Shown here piece by piece: positions 40,133-50,659 of a stretch of 64,000 nt of DNA. A program made the position numbers and the translations under genes. The stretch comes from Candidatus Latescibacterota bacterium. Lineage in GTDB: Bacteria; Latescibacterota; UBA2968. Location of the stretch: contig OZ240241.1 in NCBI GenBank assembly GCA_965198115.1, forward strand, positions 3,072,001 through 3,136,000, in the 5' to 3' direction. The notes below the pieces were generated by a model. That model ran no database searches, was not told the DNA's origin, and saw only the letters and a list, made by a program, of their open reading frames with translations. Each line of letters begins with the position of its first letter. Positions within the stretch are counted from its first letter, which is position 1.

Positions 40133-41604
40133 ACGACACCACCCGGGCCGTGCCCCTCGCGACGGGCCTGTTCACCGCGCGCCCGCCCTCGCACATCCTC
40201 CCGGGTCAGCCAGTCCGTAAGACGGCAAAGCAAACGAGCCCGCGTCTCGGTGTGTGCCGGATCGTGCCAGAGATTCTCGCACTCCTCCGGATCAGCGATC
40301 AGATCGTAAAGTTCGCCCCGCGCGTGTTCATCCCTTGGCTCCGGGGTATGGGAGACGCTCATCTTATACGGCATCTCCACCCACATCGACGCGTGGATGG
40401 CCGGATCGAAATAGCCTCGATACCCATCCGGTTTTCGACTGTTACCGCTGTTTCGGTAAAGGCAGGCCGCTCGATTCCGATCTCTGAGCTCATCGTCAGC
40501 GAGAAGATTCCGCCCATCGGGTGACCAGGATCGGACAGCAGGTTCGTCGACCCCCGCCAGATGCAGACACGTCGCCGCAATGTCGAGCAGTTGACAGGGC
40601 GTTTCCACGACCGAGGGCTGCTGGCACGGTGCACGAATCAGAAGAGGCACTCGCGTACACGCATCGTAGAAATAGGCGCCCTTCGTCATCAGGCCGTGGT
40701 CGCCCAGCATATCGCCGTGGTCGCTCGTGAACATCACGACCGTTCGTTCAGCCTGTCCCGTTTCCTCCAGCGCATCGAGCACCCGTCCAACCTGCTTGTC
40801 GATCAACGCGACGGCAGCGTGGTAACCGACGCGCCAGGCCTCGAGCGTTCGTGGTTCAGGCACCTTCGTTCCCCAGTCGCGCTCCATTCGGTGAGCCACG
40901 GGCCGGTGCTCGAACGATTCGTCACTCGCCACCACGGAGGGCAACGCTGAAATGTCCAGGACGTCTTCGAATTCGGGCGGGCAGTTCGTGTAAGGTGAGT
41001 GAGGGTCGAAAACGCTCATACAGCAGAAAAAAGGCGGGTCTCGCCCCTCACGATCTTCCAGGTAGGCGATCGTCCGCTCGGCCGCCCACGTCGTCATATG
41101 CAGCGGTTCGGGAAAGGGACCGGCATCCTGACCGTGCTCACGTATCCGTTGACGCAGGTCCGGATCGCGTTCTTCCATCCATTTCAGATAGGCATTGTCC
41201 AGCCCCCACGGACCAGAGGGATCCGACGCCCATTCGTAGACGTCGAAACCATCGTGTGGGTGACGCCGGTCGGCCTCTCGCAGGATTCCCGATACGTGCA
41301 GCTTGCCGAACAACGCCGTCGTGTAACCCGCATCTCGCAAACGATCAGGGAACAGAACTTCATCTTCGGGCAGGCAGTCGTGCAGGGCGTAGACACCGTG
41401 CCCGGGCAGATGTTTGCCCGTCCACAGGCTCGCACGACTGGGTGTGCAGATCGTGCCGTTGATGTAACACCGATCGTAACGTCGCCCCGCATCCGCAAGC
41501 CGGTCCAGGTTGGGTGTATGCACGCCCGGTGTCCCGTAGCAACCCAGCGAATCCCAGCGTTGCTGGTCTGTCACGATCAGCAGAATGTTCGGTCGTTCCG
41601 TCAT
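40129..41604 (-). CDS. Formylglycine-dependent (Cys-type) sulfatase
   Basis: RPNILLIVTDQQR, CTPSRAS, GKLH, PHSP, TSDHG. Confidence 0.92.
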   Translation of the reverse strand: MTERPNILLIVTDQQRWDSLGCYGTPGVHTPNLDRLADAGRRYDRCYINGTICTPSRASLWTGKHLPGHGVYALHDCLPEDEVLFPDRLRDAGYTTALFGKLHVSGILREADRRHPHDGFDVYEWASDPSGPWGLDNAYLKWMEERDPDLRQRIREHGQDAGPFPEPLHMTTWAAERTIAYLEDREGRDPPFFCCMSVFDPHSPYTNCPPEFEDVLDISALPSVVASDESFEHRPVAHRMERDWGTKVPEPRTLEAWRVGYHAAVALIDKQVGRVLDALEETGQAERTVVMFTSDHGDMLGDHGLMTKGAYFYDACTRVPLLIRAPCQQPSVVETPCQLLDIAATCLHLAGVDEPAVRSWSPDGRNLLADDELRDRNRAACLYRNSGNSRKPDGYRGYFDPAIHASMWVEMPYKMSVSHTPEPRDEHARGELYDLIADPEECENLWHDPAHTETRARLLCRLTDWLTREDVRGRARGEQARREGHGPGGVV

Positions 41605-42566
41605 CAGGCTGCCCGTCCATTCTGAGCGGACCAAGCCGGTTTCAGACTGCCTGACGCCAGCTTTTCAAGCTTGAGGAAGAGATCGCCGAAGATCGGGTCT
41701 CGTCTGCAGGACGTGGCGACCCGGACGATGTGTCGGGCCGGGTTGAAAGAATACGTGACCTGATCGGTCAGAATCGGACTGAGTACCAGAACACTGGGCA
41801 CCCAGCTCGCATCGATGAGCCAGGCGATCGCCGACAGATCCCAAACTTCCTTAGAGCGGGCGAACCGATCTTTTCGGTATGCCGCAAAGATATCGGCCAG
41901 GTAGCTGCCGATCGCTCCGTGCGGCCGAACGAACGTATCCAGTTCCGGAACTGTCGTGAGCAGATGCGAAGCCACACCCGCACACGGAATCTGCACGACC
42001 GCAACGCCCGAATCGAAGACGACCTGAGCGGCGGGCACATCCTGACGCAAATTGAACTCTTGGGCCGTCGGCCAGTGGTAGGGCTGGCCACCCAACCAGA
42101 CGACGACCACCTTCTTCACGATGTCCGGATCCAAAAGGATCGCCGACGCCACATTCGTGATCGCACCGATGGCCGCTACGTAAAGAGGCCCGTCTTCCGC
42201 GTGGGCCCGCTCGATCAAGTCGCGGGACGCCGCATTGTCGACACCCTCCGATCGTTTTGGAAGATATCGCTCGGCACCCAGGAAGACGCGCTCACGCTCG
42301 TCCAAACCCAACCGATCGAGCAACCTGCCTATTTCCTCGTAGCTCTTGTGAACGCCATCCGCCGGCCCCTCCGACCGGTTGTTGTGAAATGGCGCTGCGT
42401 GGATGGCTTCGAGATCGATCCGATCGGGTGAGAGGAGTGCGTGCACGAGCACGAACTGGTCGTCGATCTCGTTGTAGGTATCCGTATCCAGTAGGACGCG
42501 CAGTCTGCCTTCCCCGGGCTCGAGCAAGCGGCGGCGATCGTCGTCCGATACAGATGGGAATTCCAC
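41604..42566 (-). CDS. Nucleoside hydrolase family protein
   Basis: DTDTYNEIDDQF, IGAITN, EFNLRQD, VWDL. Confidence 0.88.
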   Translation of the reverse strand: MEFPSVSDDDRRRLLEPGEGRLRVLLDTDTYNEIDDQFVLVHALLSPDRIDLEAIHAAPFHNNRSEGPADGVHKSYEEIGRLLDRLGLDERERVFLGAERYLPKRSEGVDNAASRDLIERAHAEDGPLYVAAIGAITNVASAILLDPDIVKKVVVVWLGGQPYHWPTAQEFNLRQDVPAAQVVFDSGVAVVQIPCAGVASHLLTTVPELDTFVRPHGAIGSYLADIFAAYRKDRFARSKEVWDLSAIAWLIDASWVPSVLVLSPILTDQVTYSFNPARHIVRVATSCRRDPIFGDLFLKLEKLASGSLKPAWSAQNGRAA

Positions 42567-42641
42567 GTCTACACCTCTGTGTCAGGAGGGAGTGGCCCTC
42601 GACGATCCTCGTCCATTAATAGCGTCGTCACGTCTTCAGCT

Positions 42642-44579
42642 TCATTCGAGCACGCCCTTCGCGCACACAACGGCGTAGGCCGCGAGGTCGAGTTCGAAAC
42701 AACCGTCGGTGACGTCCGCCTCGGCAAAGTCCTTCCTCCGGCGAAACGCCTGTGGATCCGTCATCGCCATCTCCACCGACTCGAGGTTGAGTACTTCCAG
42801 CCGAACAACGCCCGACAGTCCGGGACACACGACACGCGCCCTTTGAACCATATCCGTCACGTTGGACAACACGAACCGGAACCAGCGCTCCTTTCGAAGC
42901 GTCAGTGCCTGAACCCGCAAGGGGTTGTCCGAATGCGTTTCCACGACCTCCCCACCTCGCATCCCTCCCACCCAGGCAATCACGTGGTAAGCGGGAAACA
43001 CCGAACCAGGGATCGAGGGGAACCGCCGCGACGGCGAGCCCTCCGCGCGTTCCATCAGCCCCCGCCACCCAACCGTCTCGAAATAGGTCAGGCTCGATGT
43101 GTCGGCTGCCATCAACGAGGCCAGACTGCCAGCCGTCCACGCAGCCCCGAGCAGCGACATCTGTCTCTCATCGACCTGGGGCGGAAGCCGCTCACCACTC
43201 GAATCGAGTTCGTGTCCGGTCGCGTTGGGATTGAAACGGGCGCGCAGCGTAACCGGTGTGATGTGCAGCGGTCGTTCCGCACAGAAACTACGTGCACTTT
43301 CGACCGTCCAAGCTTGTCCTTGAAGCGTCTCCATCAGCGAAGCATCGTCGAACGCGTGAACCTGTGGGTTCAGCGAGTAGCACACGCTGTCGCACTCATC
43401 GATAGGGGGTCGCTCGCGGTTCAGCTCCGTGAAGTTGGCGTTCGTACCCGCCACGATAGGAACGTTCTCTCCCAGTTCCTCCCGAGCGATGGTCAACCAC
43501 GACGCCGACGTCGACGTCTCCGCAACGTGGAAAAGAAGCCAACGCACGACGGGCAACTCGCCCGCCAGTGCCGCCAGCGATGTCAACTCCGCACGGGCCG
43601 CATCGCTCACGAAGAGGGCCACCTCCAATTCGACCTCCAGCGCGGCCGCCTGAGCTGAGGCCTGCGCCAGCTCACGCTCCCACGTCGCCCCCGCCAGATG
43701 CACGTCGACACGCAGATGCGACAGATGCAGTCTCTTCAGCCGCTCGACCTCGTCCGCAGTCAAGGGCTCACTCCCGCTGGCCACGCCGACCCCGATCGGG
43801 GGTGCGGATCGGGTCTGTCCGGGCGAAACCGTCACAGATGTGGGCGCGTCGACCGAAATCTCAGGGGCGTCAGTGGATCCCTCCAGCTCGATCGTCACCC
43901 GCTGTACAACACAGTCGCCCTTCCTCATCGAAACGGGAAAAGGTTTTGCCAGCGGTGTGCAGTAGGTCTTGTAGGAGGCGTCCGTCCAATTGCGCTGATC
44001 CTCCATCTCGAACACATCGCCTTCGAACCGAATCGTCGCCCGGACGCCAGGAACGACCTCGTGCGAAATCGAACGCATATCCACAAAGGGTTGATCAGGA
44101 GAAATAAGCGTCGGAAAGATTCCATCTTCGGTCGACCCGTCCGTTTTACCGACAAGACAAGGGCGCCCGGCGACGGACGTCGGCGCGTGCAGGACACAGA
44201 ACCCGATCCGGTTCCGCTCGAAGTCGCTATGGGCCTCCCCCGTCATTTCGTAGACGACAGTACCTTCAGATGAGCCGGTCAATGTCCCCCGCCATCGAAA
44301 GTCGATCTCGCCCTTTTCGCAAATCGAGTCGAACGCAATCTGGAAGTGGTCATCACCGGCCTGGACAGTCACACCGGACACGACAGGCAGAACCGTATCC
44401 CAGTTACGATCTCGCACGGCGGAATAGAGGCCACGCAGAATCTCCCGGTCCCGCAGGCTGACGTATCTGAGGAAAGCATCACGAGGTTCGAACACCATCC
44501 TCAGAGGACCGGCTCGCACGTCGATCCGCTCCGAGGCGGGAGTGCTCGAACCCCGTAAGAATTGGCCTTCGGACGGCAC
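42642..44579 (-). CDS. D-apionate lactonase (ApnL)-like protein
   Basis: RAGPL, AVRDRNWDT, RNRIGFCVLH, FEMEDQRNWTDASYKTYCTPL, FTELNR, PQVHAFD. Confidence 0.7.
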   Translation of the reverse strand: MPSEGQFLRGSSTPASERIDVRAGPLRMVFEPRDAFLRYVSLRDREILRGLYSAVRDRNWDTVLPVVSGVTVQAGDDHFQIAFDSICEKGEIDFRWRGTLTGSSEGTVVYEMTGEAHSDFERNRIGFCVLHAPTSVAGRPCLVGKTDGSTEDGIFPTLISPDQPFVDMRSISHEVVPGVRATIRFEGDVFEMEDQRNWTDASYKTYCTPLAKPFPVSMRKGDCVVQRVTIELEGSTDAPEISVDAPTSVTVSPGQTRSAPPIGVGVASGSEPLTADEVERLKRLHLSHLRVDVHLAGATWERELAQASAQAAALEVELEVALFVSDAARAELTSLAALAGELPVVRWLLFHVAETSTSASWLTIAREELGENVPIVAGTNANFTELNRERPPIDECDSVCYSLNPQVHAFDDASLMETLQGQAWTVESARSFCAERPLHITPVTLRARFNPNATGHELDSSGERLPPQVDERQMSLLGAAWTAGSLASLMAADTSSLTYFETVGWRGLMERAEGSPSRRFPSIPGSVFPAYHVIAWVGGMRGGEVVETHSDNPLRVQALTLRKERWFRFVLSNVTDMVQRARVVCPGLSGVVRLEVLNLESVEMAMTDPQAFRRRKDFAEADVTDGCFELDLAAYAVVCAKGVLE

Positions 44580-44725
44580 GAGATGTCTCCTGTTGTCGTG
44601 TTTTGAGGAAGTCTATGCTATACCGCGTGGGCTCGACCCGCAACGGAAAGATGCCACAGATCGATGGATGGACCGTTGTCTGTAGGGATGCCCCGATCGT
44701 TCCGTGGAGCACCTTAAGGAGCCCT

Positions 44726-44757
44726 TCTAAAAAGTGGCCCCGGGGCCACTTTTTAGA
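44726..44757. terminator. Perfect 32-bp palindrome, probably a terminator
   Basis: TCTAAAAAGTGGCCCC|GGGGCCACTTTTTAGA. Confidence 0.55.
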
Positions 44758-44814
44758 CAAGAACATTTAACTGACTGTTTTTAAAAAAGTTATATATAGT
44801 CCTTGTAATGGGAG

Positions 44815-47442
44815 TCACTGTCTCACAATCCTGAACTTTGTCAGCTTCGAGACGGTCTCATTGGCAACAAGGTCTGACATCGACACGGTGAGACGGTATT
44901 CACCCGCCTGCGACTTGCTGACGTCGAGCTCCAGGTATTCGCTCTGCTCCTCACGATAACCGGCCTGCTCGGTCGATATCGTGACCGTCTCTTTTCGTTC
45001 TTCTTTAATTACCTTGCCGATCGACCGCAACACTTGTCCAAAGAACTTTCGCTTCTCCTCCAGTGGCTCGACGAGATACTCCACCTGGTAGTGCGTCTGG
45101 CCGAATTCATCCTTCGTCAGACCGTAGACCTCGTAATAAATGTGCATCGGCTTCTGATTCGTAAAAATGTGAGTCGGATTGGGAATGACTCTGAGTCCAC
45201 TCTTATAAGCCTTGTCGTAATCCTCGAAAATCTCCGTGGCCACTTCGATGTCGCTCATGCCCAACACGCCGACCTCATAAGGCTCGATTTCCAGCCGCTT
45301 GAACCCGGATCCGTAGCCGCCCCCACCGACATCCCTCACCTGGCTACCCAACATATAGTCACCCGGAGGCAGTTCGACGGTTGCTTGGCTGATCACGAAG
45401 CCGCTGGCCATCTCAGACTTGACGTAGCTGACCGTGTCGACCATCTGGTACTTCGCCCGCCAGGTCGTGTCGAACACGGCTACGCCCCGCTCCAGTCTTC
45501 CGGTGTCGGATTGGATCGGCACGAGGCCCTCCATCGATACCGCAAAATAGATCTCCAACCGTGTCCGCTTCCCGTCGCCCTGGAAGTCCGCCTGGTCGAG
45601 CCAGAGATCGATCGTCGCCGTCTCGTCCTGGAACGCGTCGCTCTGCTCCTTGACCGCGGATGCGACGATGTTTTCGGGGCTCCTTTGAACCCACAGGAGA
45701 TCGTTTCCGCGTCCCCTGCCCTGCGGCGGAATCGGGAAGTCGAAGGGAGCCCCCACGTTGATCGCCTGGAAAACGACCTCGATGCCGCCGTCGATCTCGG
45801 GATAAATCCAATACTCCCAGGGACGGGCGCCGTCCACAGGAAACAGGGGAAACCCTCGGATCTCCACATCCTGCCGGTCGCGCATCGTGGTCGGGGTTGC
45901 AGAGTGCGCGGTCCGACCGGTGTTTCGGGCGCCGTCCTGACCACGGGTCTGGTTCAGTTCGGAATCGATTCCCTGAAAGGCGAATGCATCGGCCCTGTCC
46001 TCGTGGATGGCCTGGGACGTAGCCCGCCAGTTCGTGATCAGCTCCAGAATCTCACCGCGCGCAGATATCGGGAGGCCTTGCAGGAGACGCTCTTTTGTAC
46101 GAACGACATCGCCCGCGTGTTCGAATCGAACGCTGTCGGACTGACTCTTGTGACGAGGCTCTCCATACCGGATGTAGACCTCACCCCGGCGGTCCCACGG
46201 TTCCCTTGCATCCGAGTAGTTCTTAATCGCATAGATCACGCGACGGTAATGTTCGATTCGTCGCTCGTTCGCGGGTGTGGCGGGCGTCGGGTCTCGCTTC
46301 TGCCAAAACAGTCGCGCATACCCCAGCCGATCGAACCGATCGAGCTCCTCGTACTCCCTACGCTCTTGCGCCGTCGCAATCAGGCTGAGGTCCTTGAACA
46401 GCGCTCGCGTCTGGTCATCCAGGTTGTCGATGTACTCACCCGCAACGATTTCGGCCTTGTCGGCGAATCCCGCCTTTTGATACGCTTCGAGCAGCAGCGG
46501 CAGATACGCCTGCCTGAACCCGGGACGCTCGGCCATCAGCCTCTCCCACATCAAGATCGCCTCACCCGGGCTACCGCTCTTCAACAGAACACTGCCGAGC
46601 TGGAATGAGGCCTTCACGTGATCAGGGTTGACATTGACTTGCCTCCGATAGGCCTCGGCCGCCCGCGGCAGGTCGGGGTCCTTCTCGATGATCAGCCCCG
46701 CCTCGTGAAAGGCGCCCAGCTTGAACCACGCGTCGTGATGGTCCGGATACCGTTTAATCGTCTCCTCGAACCACCGACCGATGTCCAGGGTCTTCAGAGC
46801 GATGTGACACATACCGAGAGAGTAAACCGCCTCGACATAGTCGGAATCGAGCGTGAAGGCTCCCTGAATCAGCTCCATTCCCCGCGCGGCCTGCTTGGGC
46901 TGCCTGAAGATGGCGAGCCCCCGGCCGTTCCGCGCCTCTGCTAGCTTGCGATCGATTTTCAACGCTTCGAGGAATGCCCGATCGGCGGCGTCGAACGCGC
47001 CCCGTTCCAGCAGCGAGTATCCCAGGGCGCTGTGTGCCACAGGATCTGTTGGCATACGCTCGACCAGCGCGGAGAAGAAGGCCACCGCACCGTCGAGCAC
47101 GTTCTCGCTCCAGGGTGTGGAGCCCAGCCTGAACAGATCGGGAATGTCCGGCCAGCGGTCGAAGTAGGCATCGGATGCGGTATAGCGACGCTCGCCGGCG
47201 AGGTGGCCGAAATAGTATCTGTAAATGAGGGGGTTGCGTTGCTTCCAGACACTCGCCAGGACTTCGTCCACACCGTCTGAGACGGATCGGTCGAATTCTG
47301 CGAGGGTTTCGGGCGTGTCGACCAGGTTCTCTCGCGTCAGGGCGATCGCCGCTTCCGGCACCGCAGCAGAGGATGCTTCAGCATACAGGAGCATCGCCAG
47401 CCCCACGCCGACGGCGGCGAATGCTTTTGGGAGAGATCTCAT
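44815..47442 (-). CDS. Secreted TPR plus GWxTD-domain protein
   Basis: Signal peptide, TPRs, FWQKRDPTPATPANE..EHYRR...WDRRGEVYIRYGEP. Confidence 0.85.
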   Translation of the reverse strand: MRSLPKAFAAVGVGLAMLLYAEASSAAVPEAAIALTRENLVDTPETLAEFDRSVSDGVDEVLASVWKQRNPLIYRYYFGHLAGERRYTASDAYFDRWPDIPDLFRLGSTPWSENVLDGAVAFFSALVERMPTDPVAHSALGYSLLERGAFDAADRAFLEALKIDRKLAEARNGRGLAIFRQPKQAARGMELIQGAFTLDSDYVEAVYSLGMCHIALKTLDIGRWFEETIKRYPDHHDAWFKLGAFHEAGLIIEKDPDLPRAAEAYRRQVNVNPDHVKASFQLGSVLLKSGSPGEAILMWERLMAERPGFRQAYLPLLLEAYQKAGFADKAEIVAGEYIDNLDDQTRALFKDLSLIATAQERREYEELDRFDRLGYARLFWQKRDPTPATPANERRIEHYRRVIYAIKNYSDAREPWDRRGEVYIRYGEPRHKSQSDSVRFEHAGDVVRTKERLLQGLPISARGEILELITNWRATSQAIHEDRADAFAFQGIDSELNQTRGQDGARNTGRTAHSATPTTMRDRQDVEIRGFPLFPVDGARPWEYWIYPEIDGGIEVVFQAINVGAPFDFPIPPQGRGRGNDLLWVQRSPENIVASAVKEQSDAFQDETATIDLWLDQADFQGDGKRTRLEIYFAVSMEGLVPIQSDTGRLERGVAVFDTTWRAKYQMVDTVSYVKSEMASGFVISQATVELPPGDYMLGSQVRDVGGGGYGSGFKRLEIEPYEVGVLGMSDIEVATEIFEDYDKAYKSGLRVIPNPTHIFTNQKPMHIYYEVYGLTKDEFGQTHYQVEYLVEPLEEKRKFFGQVLRSIGKVIKEERKETVTISTEQAGYREEQSEYLELDVSKSQAGEYRLTVSMSDLVANETVSKLTKFRIVRQ

Positions 47443-47449
47443 AGCCAGC

Positions 47450-48322
47450 CTATTTGCTGAACATCATACTGACGTCGAGCGCCGTAACGGAATGAGTCAG
47501 GGAACCGACCGAAATGAAGTCCACACCCGTTTCCGCGATCTCTCGAACGGACCGCAGGCTGACGTTGCCAGACGCCTCGATCGAGGGTCTCGGCTCGCCG
47601 TGATGGTGGATCTGCCTGACCGCCTGTGCCACGGTGCTGACATCCATATTGTCGAGCATCACCCAATCCACCCCCGCCATAATCGCTTCTTCGAGCTCGG
47701 TCAGGGTGGTGACCTCGACCTCCACTTTCACACGCCGCTTGCTCGACACCATCGACCGGCGTGCGGCGAACACGGCCGGGCCGATTCCGTCGGCCGCTTC
47801 GATGTGGTTCTCCTTCAGGAGCACCATATCGAACAGCCCCATTCTGTGATTCGTCCCCCCTCCCACACGCACCGCGTATTTGTCCAGCAAACGCCACCCC
47901 GGCAACGTCTTGCGTGTATCCAGAATCTTCGCACCCGTCCCCCCGACCGCCTCGACGAAACGGGATGTCGTCGTCGCGACACCCGACAGACGCTGAAGAA
48001 AGTTGAGCGCCGTTCGCTCCCCCGTCAGGAGCCCTCGCGCAGGACCCCGCACTTCTGCAATCCGATCACCAGGCGAGACGGACGCCCCCTCTTGAGCGAA
48101 GACTTCGACCACGATCGTGGGATCGACGCGTTCGAAAACCCACGCAACGAGGGGGAGCCCCGCCAGGACCCCTTTGCTCTTCACGACCAACTCGGCTCGG
48201 GCCATCCGGTGGGGGGGCACCGTCCAATCGCTCGTGACGTCCCCCGATCCCACGTCCTCCTCGATCGCGACGTCGATCAGCGGCTGCACCCGCGCTCGGT
48301 CGAGTGTGGGGAATTCACCCAT
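47450..48322 (-). CDS. nadC: Nicotinate-nucleotide pyrophosphorylase (quinolinate phosphoribosyltransferase)
   Basis: ERTALNF, DTRKT, NHRMGL, LKENH, MLDNM, EASG, SLTHS. Confidence 0.97.
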   Translation of the reverse strand: MGEFPTLDRARVQPLIDVAIEEDVGSGDVTSDWTVPPHRMARAELVVKSKGVLAGLPLVAWVFERVDPTIVVEVFAQEGASVSPGDRIAEVRGPARGLLTGERTALNFLQRLSGVATTTSRFVEAVGGTGAKILDTRKTLPGWRLLDKYAVRVGGGTNHRMGLFDMVLLKENHIEAADGIGPAVFAARRSMVSSKRRVKVEVEVTTLTELEEAIMAGVDWVMLDNMDVSTVAQAVRQIHHHGEPRPSIEASGNVSLRSVREIAETGVDFISVGSLTHSVTALDVSMMFSK

Positions 48323-48323
48323 T

Positions 48324-50312
48324 CTACACGAGCGCCTCTTTGATCTTCACGATCTGATCGCGATAACGGGCAGCCTGCTCGAAATCCAGAGCCGTCGCGG
48401 CATCCCCCATTTTCTTCTCAAGCTCTGCGATCAGGTCAGACGGGTCGGTCCCCACTTCGTAGACCGGCTCCGGTTCGGCCACGACGCTGTCGTCGATCCT
48501 CGCATCGTCCGTCACGCGGGTGGCGCTCATGATTTCCTCTTCCGACTTGTAAACCGTCTCGGGCACGATCCCGTTTGCCTCGTTGTGGTCGGCCTGAATC
48601 TTTCGGCGTCGATTCGTCTCGTCGATCGCACGGCGCATCGAATCGGTCGCCTGATCCGCGTACATAATGCATCGTCCATCCGCATTCCGAGCCGCTCGTC
48701 CCAGCGTTTGGATCAGCGACCGTTCGGACCGCAGGAAGCCTTCCTTGTCGGCATCCATAATCGCGACCAGAGAGACTTCGGGCATATCGAGCCCTTCCCG
48801 CAGCAAGTTCACCCCGACGAGCACGTCGAACTTCCCCAGTCGAAGATCCCGGATAATGTCCACGCGGTCCAGGGTGTCGATCTCCGAATGCATATACCGT
48901 GCCCGAATGCCGATGTCTCGAAAGTAGTCAGACAGATCCTCCGCCATCCTCTTCGTCAACGTCGTGATCAGCACCCGTTCCTTACGATCGGCTCGCAGCC
49001 TCACCTCTTCCACGACGTCATCCACCTGTCCGCGAACCGGTCTGACGTCCACCTCCGGATCGAGAAGTCCCGTCGGGCGGATGACCTGCTCCACGACGAC
49101 GCCCTCGCACTTTTCCATCTCGTAGTCCGCGGGGGTGGCCGAAAGAAACACGACCTGGTGGACCTTTGACTCGAACTCCTCGAAGACGAGAGGACGGTTG
49201 TCCAATGCGGCGGGCAGTCGGAATCCGTGCTCGACGAGCGTTTCCTTACGCGTGCGATCGCCCCGCCACATCGCCCGGACCTGCGGGATCGTCACGTGCG
49301 ATTCGTCGATCACCAGCAGGTAGTCGTCGGGGAAGAAGTCGAGCAGCACGTAAGGCGGCTGACCTTGCTGGCGCCCATCAATGTAGCGCGAATAATTCTC
49401 GATCCCTGGACAGAAACCGATTTCCCGCATCATCTCGATGTCGTAACGCGTACGGGTCTCCAGCCGCTGTGCTTCCAGGAGCTTGCCCTCTTCCCGAAAC
49501 TGCTCCAGGTGCTTGGCCAGATCGACTTCGATATCCAGAATCGCCCGCTCGATCCGATCGCCCGACGTCACGAAGTGCTTGGCCGGGAAGATCGACATTT
49601 GATCGGTCTCCTCCATCACCTCGCCCGTGAGCACGTTGACGATCGAAAGGGACTCGACTTCGTCGCCCCAAAACTCGATACGGACGGCCTGGTCCTGCTC
49701 CATCGGCCTGACTTCCACGACATCGCCTCGCACACGGAAGGTTCCCGAGTCGAAGGAGATGTCGTTACGTACGAAGTGGATGTCGACGAGTCGCCGAAGG
49801 AGATCGTCCCGATCGATCTCGGTCCCCTTTTCCAAGCGCACGTGCAGTTTTTCGTATTCGTCCGGGTTTCCGATCCCGTAGATGCACGACACGCTCGCCA
49901 CGATGATCACATCCCGGCGCGACTGAAGCGCGCTTGTGGCCTTCAGCCGAAGACGCGTGATCTCCTCGTTGATGTCGACTTCCTTTTCGATATACGTATC
50001 CGTGACGGGCTTGTAGGCCTCCGGCTGATAATAATCGTAGTAGGAAATGAAGTACTCGACGGCATTGTCGGGGAAAAACGACTTGAACTCGCCGTAAAGC
50101 TGGGCGGCCAGTGTCTTGTTGTGAGAAATCACCAGCGTGGGGCGCTGGACCTCTTCGATCACCTTGGAAATCGTGTAGGTCTTGCCCGTCCCCGTCGCTC
50201 CCAGAAGCGTCTGGTGCTGAATCCCCCGGGTTAGACCGTCGACCAGTTCCGCGATAGCCTGAGGCTGATCCCCGGAGGCCTCGAAGGGCGCATCGACGCG
50301 TAATTCGTTCAT
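48324..50312 (-). CDS. uvrB: Excinuclease ABC subunit B
   Basis: [38 protein letters not shown]-terminal UVR domain. Confidence 0.98.
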   Translation of the reverse strand: MNELRVDAPFEASGDQPQAIAELVDGLTRGIQHQTLLGATGTGKTYTISKVIEEVQRPTLVISHNKTLAAQLYGEFKSFFPDNAVEYFISYYDYYQPEAYKPVTDTYIEKEVDINEEITRLRLKATSALQSRRDVIIVASVSCIYGIGNPDEYEKLHVRLEKGTEIDRDDLLRRLVDIHFVRNDISFDSGTFRVRGDVVEVRPMEQDQAVRIEFWGDEVESLSIVNVLTGEVMEETDQMSIFPAKHFVTSGDRIERAILDIEVDLAKHLEQFREEGKLLEAQRLETRTRYDIEMMREIGFCPGIENYSRYIDGRQQGQPPYVLLDFFPDDYLLVIDESHVTIPQVRAMWRGDRTRKETLVEHGFRLPAALDNRPLVFEEFESKVHQVVFLSATPADYEMEKCEGVVVEQVIRPTGLLDPEVDVRPVRGQVDDVVEEVRLRADRKERVLITTLTKRMAEDLSDYFRDIGIRARYMHSEIDTLDRVDIIRDLRLGKFDVLVGVNLLREGLDMPEVSLVAIMDADKEGFLRSERSLIQTLGRAARNADGRCIMYADQATDSMRRAIDETNRRRKIQADHNEANGIVPETVYKSEEEIMSATRVTDDARIDDSVVAEPEPVYEVGTDPSDLIAELEKKMGDAATALDFEQAARYRDQIVKIKEALV

Positions 50313-50659
50313 AGTTCCGCCACACTGAAGTCAAAACGAGAGCGAATGGGGAATGTACCGACTCCCAACGGCCTCTGCAAGCTGGCCCGCCGAACAGCCC
50401 GCCGATTCGATTCAATCCTCATGAAATCGGAATACCCCAACGCCGATCATCCTCGTGCCGTGACCTTCACCAAATCCCTCAGAACACAATCCGAATCAAC
50501 TTATTGTCATAATAAACAAATATTTATGTATTCTGACCGTCCGGCATTCCTTTCCGGAGGACGCGTCCGGCACAACCCTTGCACGGAAGCCCCGGCAAGA
50601 ACAGTCAGACAAAGGTAGGGAGAGCACGCAACTTGTCGGGCAGGACGGGAGTTCAAGCA

